Source: a virus. Taken from it: DNA of 64,000 nucleotides. Each line of letters begins with the position of its first letter. Within the stretch, counting starts at the first letter, position 1. Positions 31,296 to 40,307 of this stretch are shown here, piece by piece. Under the pieces are notes generated by a model. The model searched no databases. It saw only the letters and a list, made by a program, of their open reading frames with translations, and was not told the DNA's origin. The DNA lies in IMG/VR virus record IMGVR_UViG_3300028840_004913, positions 1 to 64,000 of that record, one strand, 5' to 3'. Both the position numbers and the translations under genes were made by a program.

Positions 31296-32105
31296 TTATG
31301 GTACGGACGAGAACGTGACGCCGGCAGTCACATATTCGATGAATATGAGGTTATTCAGGAGATCCATCATTATCATCAAAACGTCACCGACGGCAGTAAA
31401 GGTCGCCCTGTTATTCACGCCACCGTTATCCCAGGTCAAACTTGCCAGGTCGATTGTCACAGGGTTATCGACATTCGCGGCATAAAACCGGTATCTCCAA
31501 AAAGGGGATGGTCCCTGTGCTAACACGAGGGACTCATCTATTAGGGCACTCATTGGTACACCGGATCCGTCAAGGATATTATTTGAATTTCCTACATCCA
31601 TCGGAATAACTGGACCTGAAAGGATTCCAGGGCTGGCCGCATTTCCAGTTTCCAGGAATTGAGGACCACCGAAATTTGAGGCCCATAATGTTTCCTGCGG
31701 AGAAGCACCCCTTACAAATATCGGGCCACCATCTTCAGCATACATTTGACCTGCTGCTGGATTTATGAATGGAAGGCCCAACCCATCATAGATAACACCA
31801 TCTTGATCGATAAAAGGGTCACCAGTTTGCCCATAAAACAACGATCCCCTGAACGTTGCATCTGTGCCATCCAGCCCTGTGTTAAGAACCTCTGTATCAT
31901 CGTCTGCTACACCGGTTCCCTTCAGTATGGTGGCCTCAGGTGTTGCCAGGGCTGCATTTATTTCTGCGGCAGATACGGTTAAGCCTGTCCCAAGGTCGAG
32001 CAACACATCTGTTACCTCTTCTCCTAACTGGCCATTTCCAGGGCCAAGGAAAAACCTTTCAGCCCTTACTATTTTATATCCAACATCTTCGCCACCGACA
32101 CTCAT
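31296..32105 (-). CDS. Putative head fibre/decoration paralogue
   Basis: ED..R.FLG..NGQLGEEVTD.L.DLGT N-terminus. Confidence 0.6.
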   Translation of the reverse strand: MSVGGEDVGYKIVRAERFFLGPGNGQLGEEVTDVLLDLGTGLTVSAAEINAALATPEATILKGTGVADDDTEVLNTGLDGTDATFRGSLFYGQTGDPFIDQDGVIYDGLGLPFINPAAGQMYAEDGGPIFVRGASPQETLWASNFGGPQFLETGNAASPGILSGPVIPMDVGNSNNILDGSGVPMSALIDESLVLAQGPSPFWRYRFYAANVDNPVTIDLASLTWDNGGVNNRATFTAVGDVLMIMMDLLNNLIFIEYVTAGVTFSSVP

Positions 32106-32190
32106 GGTATTACTCCTTTAACCATCTGAAATAATTATTTAAAGGGCCTCCGGATTTCTCCATCGGCCCATCGTTAGTTTATACTATTTA

Positions 32191-32805
32191 TCACGGACCA
32201 CCGCAACCGGATGCATCAACGCCAACCTCACCACCATCGACACCAGGATCAAGGATATTGACATATGTGACCGCGAATGCCATATTGACACCGTCGTTTA
32301 TCCATACCTCAATATTCTGTATTCCGGAATTCACATCATCGAATGTGATTGTGGTATCCAGAGGGTCAGACTCCCACCCGGGAACTCCTGGAGGACCAGG
32401 CGCGCCTGCCCCTGCCGGAGCAATATAATATTCGAGAGCATCCTGATTATCCGGATCGCACCATACCGCCCTTAAAACATCGGCTGCGGATATTGTAGCA
32501 ATCCAGTTACAATCAGGAGCGGATGGAGTACCGCTGAGCGTAGGGGCGACATTAAGGTTAATGATTGCAAGGGCCAAACCATCCCCTGGCGCGCCACCCT
32601 CCATTCCATCATGAATAAAATATCCCGGCCACCCAACAGGTGGATTGATAACAGCAGCGTCAATCTCTGCGGCCGTGCTTACCAAATTCGTCCCGAGGTC
32701 AGTCAATTTGTCTGTGACCTCTTCGCCGAGTTGGCCGTTATCATCACCCAGGAAAAGCCTGCTGATCCTTGTGATACCTAATTTAACATCTTCTCTAAAA
32801 CTCAT
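32191..32805 (-). CDS. Putative head fibre/decoration paralogue
   Basis: Same N-terminal motif. Confidence 0.6.
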   Translation of the reverse strand: MSFREDVKLGITRISRLFLGDDNGQLGEEVTDKLTDLGTNLVSTAAEIDAAVINPPVGWPGYFIHDGMEGGAPGDGLALAIINLNVAPTLSGTPSAPDCNWIATISAADVLRAVWCDPDNQDALEYYIAPAGAGAPGPPGVPGWESDPLDTTITFDDVNSGIQNIEVWINDGVNMAFAVTYVNILDPGVDGGEVGVDASGCGGP

Positions 32806-32835
32806 TATTACCTCCCAACCCCCTGGAAATATTGG

Positions 32836-33114
32836 TTAATCAACTAAAGACCGGCCCTCAGCTTTTTGCCTGAGGACTTCCATTTCATCTATCTTTGTGT
32901 ATGTGCTCGGAGATTCGTCAAGTATACCCTTCATATGTTTAAAAGCGAATGTTATCCCCCGGGCAAACTCATTGCCATCAGAGACAAGCATCTCTTTTAA
33001 TTGCTCATATGCACGATCGACATACCGGCTGAACCCGACTATCCCCGTCTCACCCATACGAGCACCGTATCCTATCTCACGGCCCTCTTTTGAATTGACT
33101 CCTGGTATTACCAT
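32836..33114 (-). CDS. Hypothetical protein
   Basis: GGGGG RBS; head module. Confidence 0.7.
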   Translation of the reverse strand: MVIPGVNSKEGREIGYGARMGETGIVGFSRYVDRAYEQLKEMLVSDGNEFARGITFAFKHMKGILDESPSTYTKIDEMEVLRQKAEGRSLVD

Positions 33115-33141
33115 AACAGCCCCCCGAACCCCCCGAATTTA

Positions 33142-33363
33142 TTACATTTCGCTCGCTTCATCGAGCTTTTTCATATAGTCTTTCTTTGCCTTCCGACTGA
33201 TATAGCCGACACCTTTTTTGCGCTCATCTGTCTGGCCGGCCTGGCGCATCGTTTCAGCGTTCGCCCTCTTTACCCTCGACTTTACGTCGCCACCCATCGG
33301 CGGGGCTGGAGTCTCAGTCGACTTTTGACCATCAACGGCATAACTTCCTTTACTTGTGTCCAT
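33142..33363 (-). CDS. Hypothetical protein
   Basis: AGGAGG RBS after the portal gene. Confidence 0.7.
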   Translation of the reverse strand: MDTSKGSYAVDGQKSTETPAPPMGGDVKSRVKRANAETMRQAGQTDERKKGVGYISRKAKKDYMKKLDEASEM

Positions 33364-33375
33364 TCGGGACCTCCT

Positions 33376-35457
33376 TTATATTCTTGCCATCTGCTCGAGT
33401 GGCGGTATTAATGGATTTTCTCCCGGGTCCCTGCCTGGCATGGAGCCACCACCACCACCCATAGGCAAACCCATCTGTGATTGCATCATGTTTTGCTGGA
33501 TATTCATTTCGAGGTCAGCGTCCTCTGGAATGATTTCCTCCTGCATTTTCAGGGCCTTAACATTCTCCCTGAGGATCTTCGCCCTTCCACCGTAACCGAT
33601 AATCGCCATGTCGACATCGTTATTGGTTAAGGCAAGGAATTCAGCCCTGCGAGCCTGTAGCTGCTCTGCCTGGATTAAGTATTCGCTGGCCCTGGCCACA
33701 ACCTCTATATCCCCCCTGGCATCGATATCATCGAACAGTAGGATATGGGTCCACATCGATTTGACAATAGGCTTAATCACGTTCTGGTCTATCGCGACTA
33801 TGGCATCCTTCATTATCTTTGAGGCCGCCGACATCAACATCGATAAACCATGTGCGGTCTGGCCGGCGCCGGATGCAGCGCTACCCACTCCTGATTCATA
33901 TGCAGGGACGCCAAGTTGCTCCCCGGCCTGGTTAAAGAAGTATTGGTAAACCTGCATCAACATATCCGTCAGCGCATTCGGCTGATAGAAATGAATCGCC
34001 TTATTATTCTTGCCCATCGGATCCGACTTTGTTTTCCAGATCTTCCACGGATAGAGCTCTTCCAGGTTATCCCCGGGATCTATTCTATCCTTGTGCATTT
34101 CTACCTGGGGTCCGGAGGCGATTGCAAGGTTATTAATCATAGCCCTGGCAGTAGCGTTGCATACCCGCTGGCAATCTTCCATGTGCTCAGGTGGAGCAAC
34201 TCCCCATATCGAATCATTCGATTGATCGAAGCTGGCTCCATAATATGGTTTGGTGCCAAGAGGGTTCTCGTTCAGTCTGGCCATTATCACATGGCGGCCC
34301 ACCATAAGGCAAACACATGGTACCGGCTCGGCTGGATTCTCTATCTCGTTCTTATCCATTCCCCAATCGATAAGCAACTGCCCAGGGATTTCTCCATGAT
34401 ATTCGAGGGTTTCGATAACTGCCTGTGGATCCTCTTGCTCGTTTGGCCTGAATTCAATATTGGCTCTTTCCTGGTCTGTCCAAAGCCAATCCTGGAGCAT
34501 TCCACCACGATATTCCATCAAGACATTATCGATTGCCTTGGTATCGAAGCCAGGGACTCCCTTCATTTTTACAAGGTCTGTCTCTCTAAGCCTCTGTCTT
34601 TCCAGGCAATATCCATCGTTTATATTTTTAGCGCCGGCTGCAAAGTACATATCGAACGGACTGATACATTTCCACGCTCGGTAATAGACCCAATCGACCT
34701 GAGGTATACGTTTTCCACCAGGGCCATCAACCCATTTAAGATCCTTCTTTCTTCGGATAAAAGGTCCCTTTAAAAAGGCTGTTGGGTATGTTGCGAAGTC
34801 CTTGATAAACTTGGCAATCTCACCGTAAAAGTCTCCCTGGTTGAATCCATCCTCGATAATGTCTGTTATTCTCTCAGCTTCCTGGGATGCCAGGGCACGG
34901 TCCTCGCGCTGTAATTCATTACGCAGATCCATCATGCGCTGATCAATCATATCTGGAGTAATTTCAGCATCTGGAACGGACTGCAGGATCATGGCTACTT
35001 CGGATTGAACCCTTTTGGTGAGCCGTATCTCTTGCTCGACGGGGAGGTCAGGGACGGGTGATGGCGATACACCCCATGGCTTTTCGCCGGCCGGCAACAT
35101 AACGTCCTTAATCCAGGCTTCGATCGTCCTGCATTTAACGTTTGTCAGCATCATGAAGATTTGGGATCCACCAAACTTGCGGATATGGGCCAGGTCGTCG
35201 GGATCATATTTTCCCTTGCGCTGCCTAATGCATTTTAATAGGCGCTCCTCGACGAACCATTTGGTATTTTTTGCAGATTCCCAATGCTTTTTTATGTGAT
35301 TTGCGAGTCCAATGATCTCTGGCTTATTCTGCATGGACTCGGCTGCCTTCTGATCCGATTCCATTTTGTTAAGCTGATCATTGTTTAAAACACGCAAGAG
35401 GCCACTCCGTTCCGGAATAGCCCCATAGGTGGATTGCGGTACCGCTGGTGCTGGCAT
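33376..35457 (-). CDS. Portal protein
   Basis: 693 aa; CNATARAMINNLAIASGPQV and TAHGLSMLM motifs; downstream of terminase. Confidence 0.9.
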   Translation of the reverse strand: MPAPAVPQSTYGAIPERSGLLRVLNNDQLNKMESDQKAAESMQNKPEIIGLANHIKKHWESAKNTKWFVEERLLKCIRQRKGKYDPDDLAHIRKFGGSQIFMMLTNVKCRTIEAWIKDVMLPAGEKPWGVSPSPVPDLPVEQEIRLTKRVQSEVAMILQSVPDAEITPDMIDQRMMDLRNELQREDRALASQEAERITDIIEDGFNQGDFYGEIAKFIKDFATYPTAFLKGPFIRRKKDLKWVDGPGGKRIPQVDWVYYRAWKCISPFDMYFAAGAKNINDGYCLERQRLRETDLVKMKGVPGFDTKAIDNVLMEYRGGMLQDWLWTDQERANIEFRPNEQEDPQAVIETLEYHGEIPGQLLIDWGMDKNEIENPAEPVPCVCLMVGRHVIMARLNENPLGTKPYYGASFDQSNDSIWGVAPPEHMEDCQRVCNATARAMINNLAIASGPQVEMHKDRIDPGDNLEELYPWKIWKTKSDPMGKNNKAIHFYQPNALTDMLMQVYQYFFNQAGEQLGVPAYESGVGSAASGAGQTAHGLSMLMSAASKIMKDAIVAIDQNVIKPIVKSMWTHILLFDDIDARGDIEVVARASEYLIQAEQLQARRAEFLALTNNDVDMAIIGYGGRAKILRENVKALKMQEEIIPEDADLEMNIQQNMMQSQMGLPMGGGGGSMPGRDPGENPLIPPLEQMARI

Positions 35458-35487
35458 ATAATTTTCCCTCGTATTAGAGGGCTATCG

Positions 35488-35706
35488 TCATAACCCTCCG
35501 ATTTCTTTAAACAAATATAGGCATGGCTCATCCCTCTTTACCATCACTCCGGAATTGCCACAACCGCATGGGTCCCACGCTCTGCCACCAAATATGTCGA
35601 CAGCATCGACAGTCAATTGGTTTGGTGACAGTTTATCGCCACAAATTCGACACGTTATTTCTTTACCATTATCTGCCTCGTATTGATTCCAACCTTTTTT
35701 AATCAT
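35488..35706 (-). CDS. Small Cys-rich hypothetical protein
   Basis: CRIC...CGC. Confidence 0.55.
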   Translation of the reverse strand: MIKKGWNQYEADNGKEITCRICGDKLSPNQLTVDAVDIFGGRAWDPCGCGNSGVMVKRDEPCLYLFKEIGGL

Positions 35707-35711
35707 TCAGA

Positions 35712-35727
35712 ATATACTCCATGTCAA
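35712..35727 (-). promoter_or_regulatory. Compact TTGACA-N5-TAT motif upstream of the portal operon
   Basis: TTGACA-tggag-TATAT, 5 nt before ATG 35706. Confidence 0.5.
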
Positions 35728-35730
35728 GGT

Positions 35731-37365
35731 TTATGTCCACCCCTTAGGGCTTGCCATTTGTTTTTGTTTTTCGATTGCCTGCAGCGGAGCCTGTGGCGGC
35801 GGCTGAGGTACGGCGCCGGCTATCTCACCTTTGAGGGCGATCTCCTTAAATGCAGAGCATCCATGGCTGGCCCAATCATGCAGGATCTTCTCCCGGTAGC
35901 ATCCGAGCTTATCATTCCATTCCTTTCGAAGCGAGTCCAGGCAATCTATACCACGCTCGCATTCCTCCTCGTCGAAATGGCATATCGGTAGAATCAATCG
36001 GACGGATTCTATTTGCATCGTCTCTGATACCTTAGGACCTATCTCGAATTGCACCCCGGCTTCCTTGCACAGCGCCCATACCGTCTTATTCAGCGCCCAA
36101 ACATGCTGAGACAGGTCATGGGGTCCCTGCCATAGCCTGATCCTCGTATTGTGCTCCTTGGCCCATTCAATGGCATAATCCCGGTAATGCGGGAAGCCTT
36201 CTCCAGAGTTTTCGTAATAATGCACAAGATGGACCTGCCGGCCGACGACCTGGACAAACCATATGGCTGTTTCGTCATGGTATCCAATGTCCCAATAGGT
36301 ATCTATCGGAAGGTGCTCGACCACAGGTACCTTGCCGATACGTCCCTGCTTCCTGGCTGACCTCATCTGCTTCTGGTAATATGCGCCCTCCATCGACTTA
36401 AAGAAAGCTTCATCCGGAGTCGACGGGTGCTCTTGGAGCATGAATTCGCCCTGGGTAGCCTCTGTCTGGACATACCACGCCTTTTGCTCTGGAGTAAGGT
36501 GGACCCTCTGCTTTAACTCGAGATCTTCAAAATACTTTTGCAGCCTCTCAGGGATAGCAGTCTGGCCCGGGTCAATCCTGTTCAGGTCATTCTCCGGCCA
36601 TCCAAAAAAGAAAAACTTGTATTGCTTCTGGCCAAGTTGTGCACGCATTTCCTTCAACGCCCTGGCCTGCTTTACCATTTCGAAATATTTTCCCTCGCGG
36701 CCCTCCGCGGTCGATTCGATTGTCACGATATTGCCGGCATGGATCGCATTAAGGGTACCGGTGATAACCTCCTGTGCCTTCAATGGGTACCTGGCGCAGA
36801 TCTTCCCGAGCTCAGAGATATGGATAAGCTGGTAGGTTCCAGACCGGCCAGAGGTTGTAACCCTGATCGAAGATCCATTCTTAAACGATAGGTGCTTACT
36901 CGATATCCGGCTGCCACCCAACTGATCTTTTAATTCTTCCGGTAGGTTATCGTAAGCAAACTTCACCTTTTTCTGGAAAAAGTCCTCGGCGTCGTCCTTA
37001 TTGTGGGCTATAATAGCGGCATGGGTGTTCGAGTTGAACATGCAGATGTCCAAATATAACAGGCACATGAAGGTGGTGATACCATGCTGGCGGGATTTCA
37101 GGATGATGTTACAATACCACATCCCGAGGTAAAGCAGCTTCTGAGCGTAATTCATTCGAAATGGTATCTGGTTACCGTCCTTATTGACAATCTGGTAAAG
37201 ATTATCAATTCGCCAGCGCTGAGAAGAGAACCGCTTGTGGAGCTCGATATATGCATCGATCTCCGCCGGCGGCATACCTGCTGTCCTAAGCTGCTGTTTT
37301 AATTCCTTATAATACTCAGGACTCCTGATCCCCTGAGAGGTACTTTGCCCGACATTCATTTTCAA
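35731..37365 (-). CDS. terL: Terminase large subunit
   Basis: LKSRQHGITT Walker A, HISE Walker B, ESTAEG, WDIG..D, HDWASH; start may be ATG 37359. Confidence 0.95.
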   Translation of the reverse strand: MKMNVGQSTSQGIRSPEYYKELKQQLRTAGMPPAEIDAYIELHKRFSSQRWRIDNLYQIVNKDGNQIPFRMNYAQKLLYLGMWYCNIILKSRQHGITTFMCLLYLDICMFNSNTHAAIIAHNKDDAEDFFQKKVKFAYDNLPEELKDQLGGSRISSKHLSFKNGSSIRVTTSGRSGTYQLIHISELGKICARYPLKAQEVITGTLNAIHAGNIVTIESTAEGREGKYFEMVKQARALKEMRAQLGQKQYKFFFFGWPENDLNRIDPGQTAIPERLQKYFEDLELKQRVHLTPEQKAWYVQTEATQGEFMLQEHPSTPDEAFFKSMEGAYYQKQMRSARKQGRIGKVPVVEHLPIDTYWDIGYHDETAIWFVQVVGRQVHLVHYYENSGEGFPHYRDYAIEWAKEHNTRIRLWQGPHDLSQHVWALNKTVWALCKEAGVQFEIGPKVSETMQIESVRLILPICHFDEEECERGIDCLDSLRKEWNDKLGCYREKILHDWASHGCSAFKEIALKGEIAGAVPQPPPQAPLQAIEKQKQMASPKGWT

Positions 37366-37516
37366 TCCTTAAGGTTTCGTCACAGACACATTTCCAAACA
37401 TGGAGCAACTCGAAGTATACTCCATCCCCCTGAATTATATAGATTTTCGGCACCATATTATTAAAGCAATATGGGCACGGTGGCGGCATGTCTACTGGCG
37501 GCAAATTTATATCCAT
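37316..37516 (-). CDS. Small Zn-binding protein
   Basis: CPYC...CVC; TAATG-coupled to the upstream stop. Confidence 0.5.
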   Translation of the reverse strand: MDINLPPVDMPPPCPYCFNNMVPKIYIIQGDGVYFELLHVWKCVCDETLRIENECRAKYLSGDQES

Positions 37517-38127
37517 TATTGCTTCATCCAATTTTTGATATATTTCATATCGTAAAGATAAGATATCGGTACCATATATGCATTGGCGTCCTTTATCTTG
37601 CCGTATGGTCTGACAGTCCCTATCGGAAGGTATATCGCACGCTTCCAGAATTCCTGTGAGCCAATCCATCCAACGGCCCAACCGTCGAGCACCGTGCTCT
37701 TGTCCTCTGGCTGGAGGACCTTTTGAAACACATATACCTGGCATTTCTGCTTATGGGGCTTGTTATCGTAACACGAGCTAACGAGGCAATCCCAATGTGT
37801 TAAAGGGTACCTGTGCACGGTGGCGGTCTTGATCTCTGTCCGGACATTACCGATCATGAAGTCATAATCGCTGGTATCGTGGTAGGATGAGGCTGGAAGG
37901 CCATATGTATACTTGAACATGAGCTCCCCCCTCGGTCCCAACAAATGCCTATGAACGGCGTTCTCGCTGCCGACATATCCGAACTGGTTAGTCCTTCTAT
38001 CGCCTTTGACCCCTAAATGCTTTAAATTCGCTTGCTGGATTGCCGCTTCCTCTATATCCCAATTCCACTCTAACCTCTTGAATCTCTTCGGTGATTTAAC
38101 CCTTTCCCAATTCATACCTTCCTCCAT
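37516..38127 (-). CDS. Putative PD-(D/E)XK endonuclease
   Basis: GE...DYDF...EIKT pattern. Confidence 0.6.
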   Translation of the reverse strand: MEEGMNWERVKSPKRFKRLEWNWDIEEAAIQQANLKHLGVKGDRRTNQFGYVGSENAVHRHLLGPRGELMFKYTYGLPASSYHDTSDYDFMIGNVRTEIKTATVHRYPLTHWDCLVSSCYDNKPHKQKCQVYVFQKVLQPEDKSTVLDGWAVGWIGSQEFWKRAIYLPIGTVRPYGKIKDANAYMVPISYLYDMKYIKNWMKQ

Positions 38128-38398
38128 AAATGTTGCGGATTAAGCTCTTCGATCTCACAGATTAAGCCATGAGGCTGAGATTGTCTATGCCTATATCCGC
38201 TGGTTGTAAGTTATACAGGCGGCTCATGTACGCCCGACTGCAGTTTACCCTCTAAATGTTAGCGGGACTCTCCCCGCTGTCACGGTGGTATTTGTTTTTC
38301 GGTCGCAGGCGTGGCCATCTCGCCCCCCTAAGTCTTGCACACCGTTTGTAGACTTACTCGGTAACCCGCTCTAACGGGTGACTGTAAATGTTGAAACC

Positions 38399-38429
38399 AT
38401 AATACCATGGATTTGTATTTAATGGTGCA
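38399..38429 (-). promoter_or_regulatory. TGCACCATT-box promoter
   Basis: TGCACCATT-N13-TGg-TATTAT. Confidence 0.8.
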
Positions 38430-38490
38430 AAATACTTTATTCTTTGATACAATTCGTTGATCACAAACATACAAAAAATAAAATAAATGT

Positions 38491-38567
38491 TGGTCGCGGG
38501 AGGAGGATTTGAACCTCCGGCCTGATGGTTCCAAACCACCCGCGCTACCAGGCTGCGCTACCCCACG
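38491..38567 (-). tRNA. tRNA-Pro(TGG)
   Basis: Cloverleaf folded by hand; loop TTTGGAA; CCA encoded. Confidence 0.9.
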
Positions 38568-38570
38568 ACA

Positions 38571-38646
38571 TGGAAGAGGGTAAAGGAGTTGAACCTTTAA
38601 CATCCGGCGTCAAAGACCGGTGCTCTGCCGATTGAGCTAACCCTCT
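38571..38646 (-). tRNA. tRNA-Gln(TTG) by anticodon
   Basis: AGAGGGT/ACCCTCT acceptor; loop CTTTGAC; TCCA end. Confidence 0.85.
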
Positions 38647-38654
38647 GATATTAC

Positions 38655-38725
38655 TGGAGCCAGATGCAGGAGTTGAACCCGCCCTCTGTGCTTACAAAAC
38701 ACATTAGCCCCCAGGGCAATCTGGC
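38655..38725 (-). tRNA. tRNA-Thr(TGT) with reduced D-arm
   Basis: GCCAGAT/ATCTGGC acceptor; loop TTTGTAA; 71 nt. Confidence 0.8.
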
Positions 38726-38726
38726 C

Positions 38727-38802
38727 TGGTAGCCGATCCTGGACTTGAACCAGGGACCACAGCATTATCGGTGCTGCGCTCTACCAACTGAGCTAATCGG
38801 CT
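38727..38802 (-). tRNA. tRNA-Ile(GAT)
   Basis: AGCCGAT/ATCGGCT acceptor; loop CCGATAA; CCA. Confidence 0.9.
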
Positions 38803-38807
38803 CCATT

Positions 38808-38984
38808 TTATGCTGCCTTAAATTCTCCGCACGGATCGCCATCACGTTTAACACATGGATATCTGCTTCTTGATCCATCCTTTTCTGTCTGACATTCCGG
38901 AGGGAATCTGACACAAAACCCCTTGTAAATCGACATCTCTCTATAGTACCGACAATCCTCACATTTATCCTGTGGCTTCGGCAT
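38808..38984 (-). CDS. 58-aa Cys-rich microprotein (not in ORF track)
   Basis: MPKPQDKCEDCRYY...GFCVRFPP...PCGEFKAA, translated by hand. Confidence 0.7.
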   Translation of the reverse strand: MPKPQDKCEDCRYYREMSIYKGFCVRFPPECQTEKDGSRSRYPCVKRDGDPCGEFKAA

Positions 38985-39251
38985 AATACACCTACCCTTT
39001 CAGGGTAGACTTACAAGCTTCCGATTTCATTCAGTATACGTTAGATCAGGATGAGGGTTAGTCCACCCTCGTTTAAATGATGCGAGCAGGCGTCCGGTTT
39101 CACCGGCCATCACAAGGATTTGCAGATCCTTCAAGCCTCCACGGATTTACCCGCCCTTGGCACTCGGGAGTCCTCTGTAAACCGCAACGGCTGCAACCAA
39201 TTACGACTCCAGCAGGAAGCGACCTATGCCCTCTATGGTTAATGTTTAAAT

Positions 39252-39379
39252 TGGTAGCCTGGCAAGGAGTTGAACCTTGCACGCCTATCCTGGAGCGACC
39301 AGGGTCTTTGCACGCGACTACTAACATACTGAGCCAGCCGACAACCGGTATGGACTGACTGTTCTGCTTTGTCCAGGCC
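39252..39379 (-). ncRNA. 128-nt tRNA-like RNA
   Basis: GGCCTGG/CCAGGCT acceptor, CAAGG-TTCAACT-CCTTG T-arm, ACCA end; non-canonical interior. Confidence 0.75.
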
Positions 39380-39389
39380 ATAAAGTATT

Positions 39390-39474
39390 TGGTAGCGCGG
39401 GTTGGAGTTGAACCAACACAGGCCTAAGCCCACAGATTTACAGTCTGCTACCCTCGCCTATGGGTTGCCACGCT
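39390..39474 (-). tRNA. tRNA-Tyr(GTA)
   Basis: Loop CTGTAAA; long variable arm; CCA. Confidence 0.9.
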
Positions 39475-39683
39475 ATTGATCTTCGTCCGCTGCCATCCAC
39501 AGCGTTACAAAATCATCCGTTTGCATTGGAGACGGCTGCGGTATCTCATGAGCCGGATAAACTGTTTTGCTTTCCCATATCGAAAAAAGGCACCCGCATT
39601 TAAAGCATCGATAATACTCACCATTAAGATGCTCCCACGGATAGGGATGTTTGCATTTAGAAAGTTTCCCGGCGAACACCTCT

Positions 39684-40001
39684 TTAATCATCAGCTTTAT
39701 ACGGCCATGGTATTTCTGCATGATCATACCATACGCTGATTGTGAGCTTCTCCTCCGGATCCCGTTCTGGCCTATCATCCTCTTCGCAAAGCCGCTTGTG
39801 GAAAACATAATACGCGAGCGTCAGGGGATTCGTATGGAAAAGGCGGCCGGCAAGGTGTTCGTCGACTACCTTCTCAGAAGGAAATGCAATGCTAAGCAGG
39901 TGTTTTGACACGAAAAAAATACATTTTCCCGTTTCCTTCTTGATAAAAAGGACACGGTCGCCATCGTCTAAGTATCTGTATTCTCCTGGTACTATTCCCA
40001 T
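39684..40001 (-). CDS. Hypothetical protein
   Basis: Adjacent ORF in the operon. Confidence 0.6.
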   Translation of the reverse strand: MGIVPGEYRYLDDGDRVLFIKKETGKCIFFVSKHLLSIAFPSEKVVDEHLAGRLFHTNPLTLAYYVFHKRLCEEDDRPERDPEEKLTISVWYDHAEIPWPYKADD

Positions 40002-40307
40002 TTAAGCGTCCTCCCAAAAGACCGATATTTTATATTGTTTACCGCACCGTGGGCACCGTGTATTCACGATCTTATCTACCGAAAAAACGGATACCTCATA
40101 AATAGACTCGACATCCACCCGAACACCACAACACGGACCCTGGAACAGCCTGAGGATCTTCGTATCGTTAATATGCTGGTCCTTGACTGTTCGCCGGCTG
40201 TCGCATTTGCCGGTCATTAGACAATCGTAAGCCTTCATTTCTGTGTTGATTCCCATTGCATCTAATGGGCGATCCACCAAATATCTATTCATTGCTCCCC
40301 CTTTCAA
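40002..40307 (-). CDS. Zn-binding hypothetical protein
   Basis: PCC...CPRC. Confidence 0.6.
   Translation of the reverse strand: MKGGAMNRYLVDRPLDAMGINTEMKAYDCLMTGKCDSRRTVKDQHINDTKILRLFQGPCCGVRVDVESIYEVSVFSVDKIVNTRCPRCGKQYKISVFWEDA

Noticed and set aside
38140-38200. Hammerhead or theta ribozyme next to the tRNAs
   Set aside because: No CTGATGA/GAAA core seen, and I could not build an HDV-like pseudoknot by eye; the tRNAs already encode CCA
38980-39232. RNase P RNA
   Set aside because: GAGGACTCCC only loosely resembles GAGGAAAGTCC, and the 3' P4 strand is missing
39252-39379. tmRNA
   Set aside because: Too short, no G3-U70, no tag ORF
38491-39474. Suppressor tRNA or alternative genetic code
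   Set aside because: No CTA/TTA/TCA anticodon, and genes are intact under the standard code
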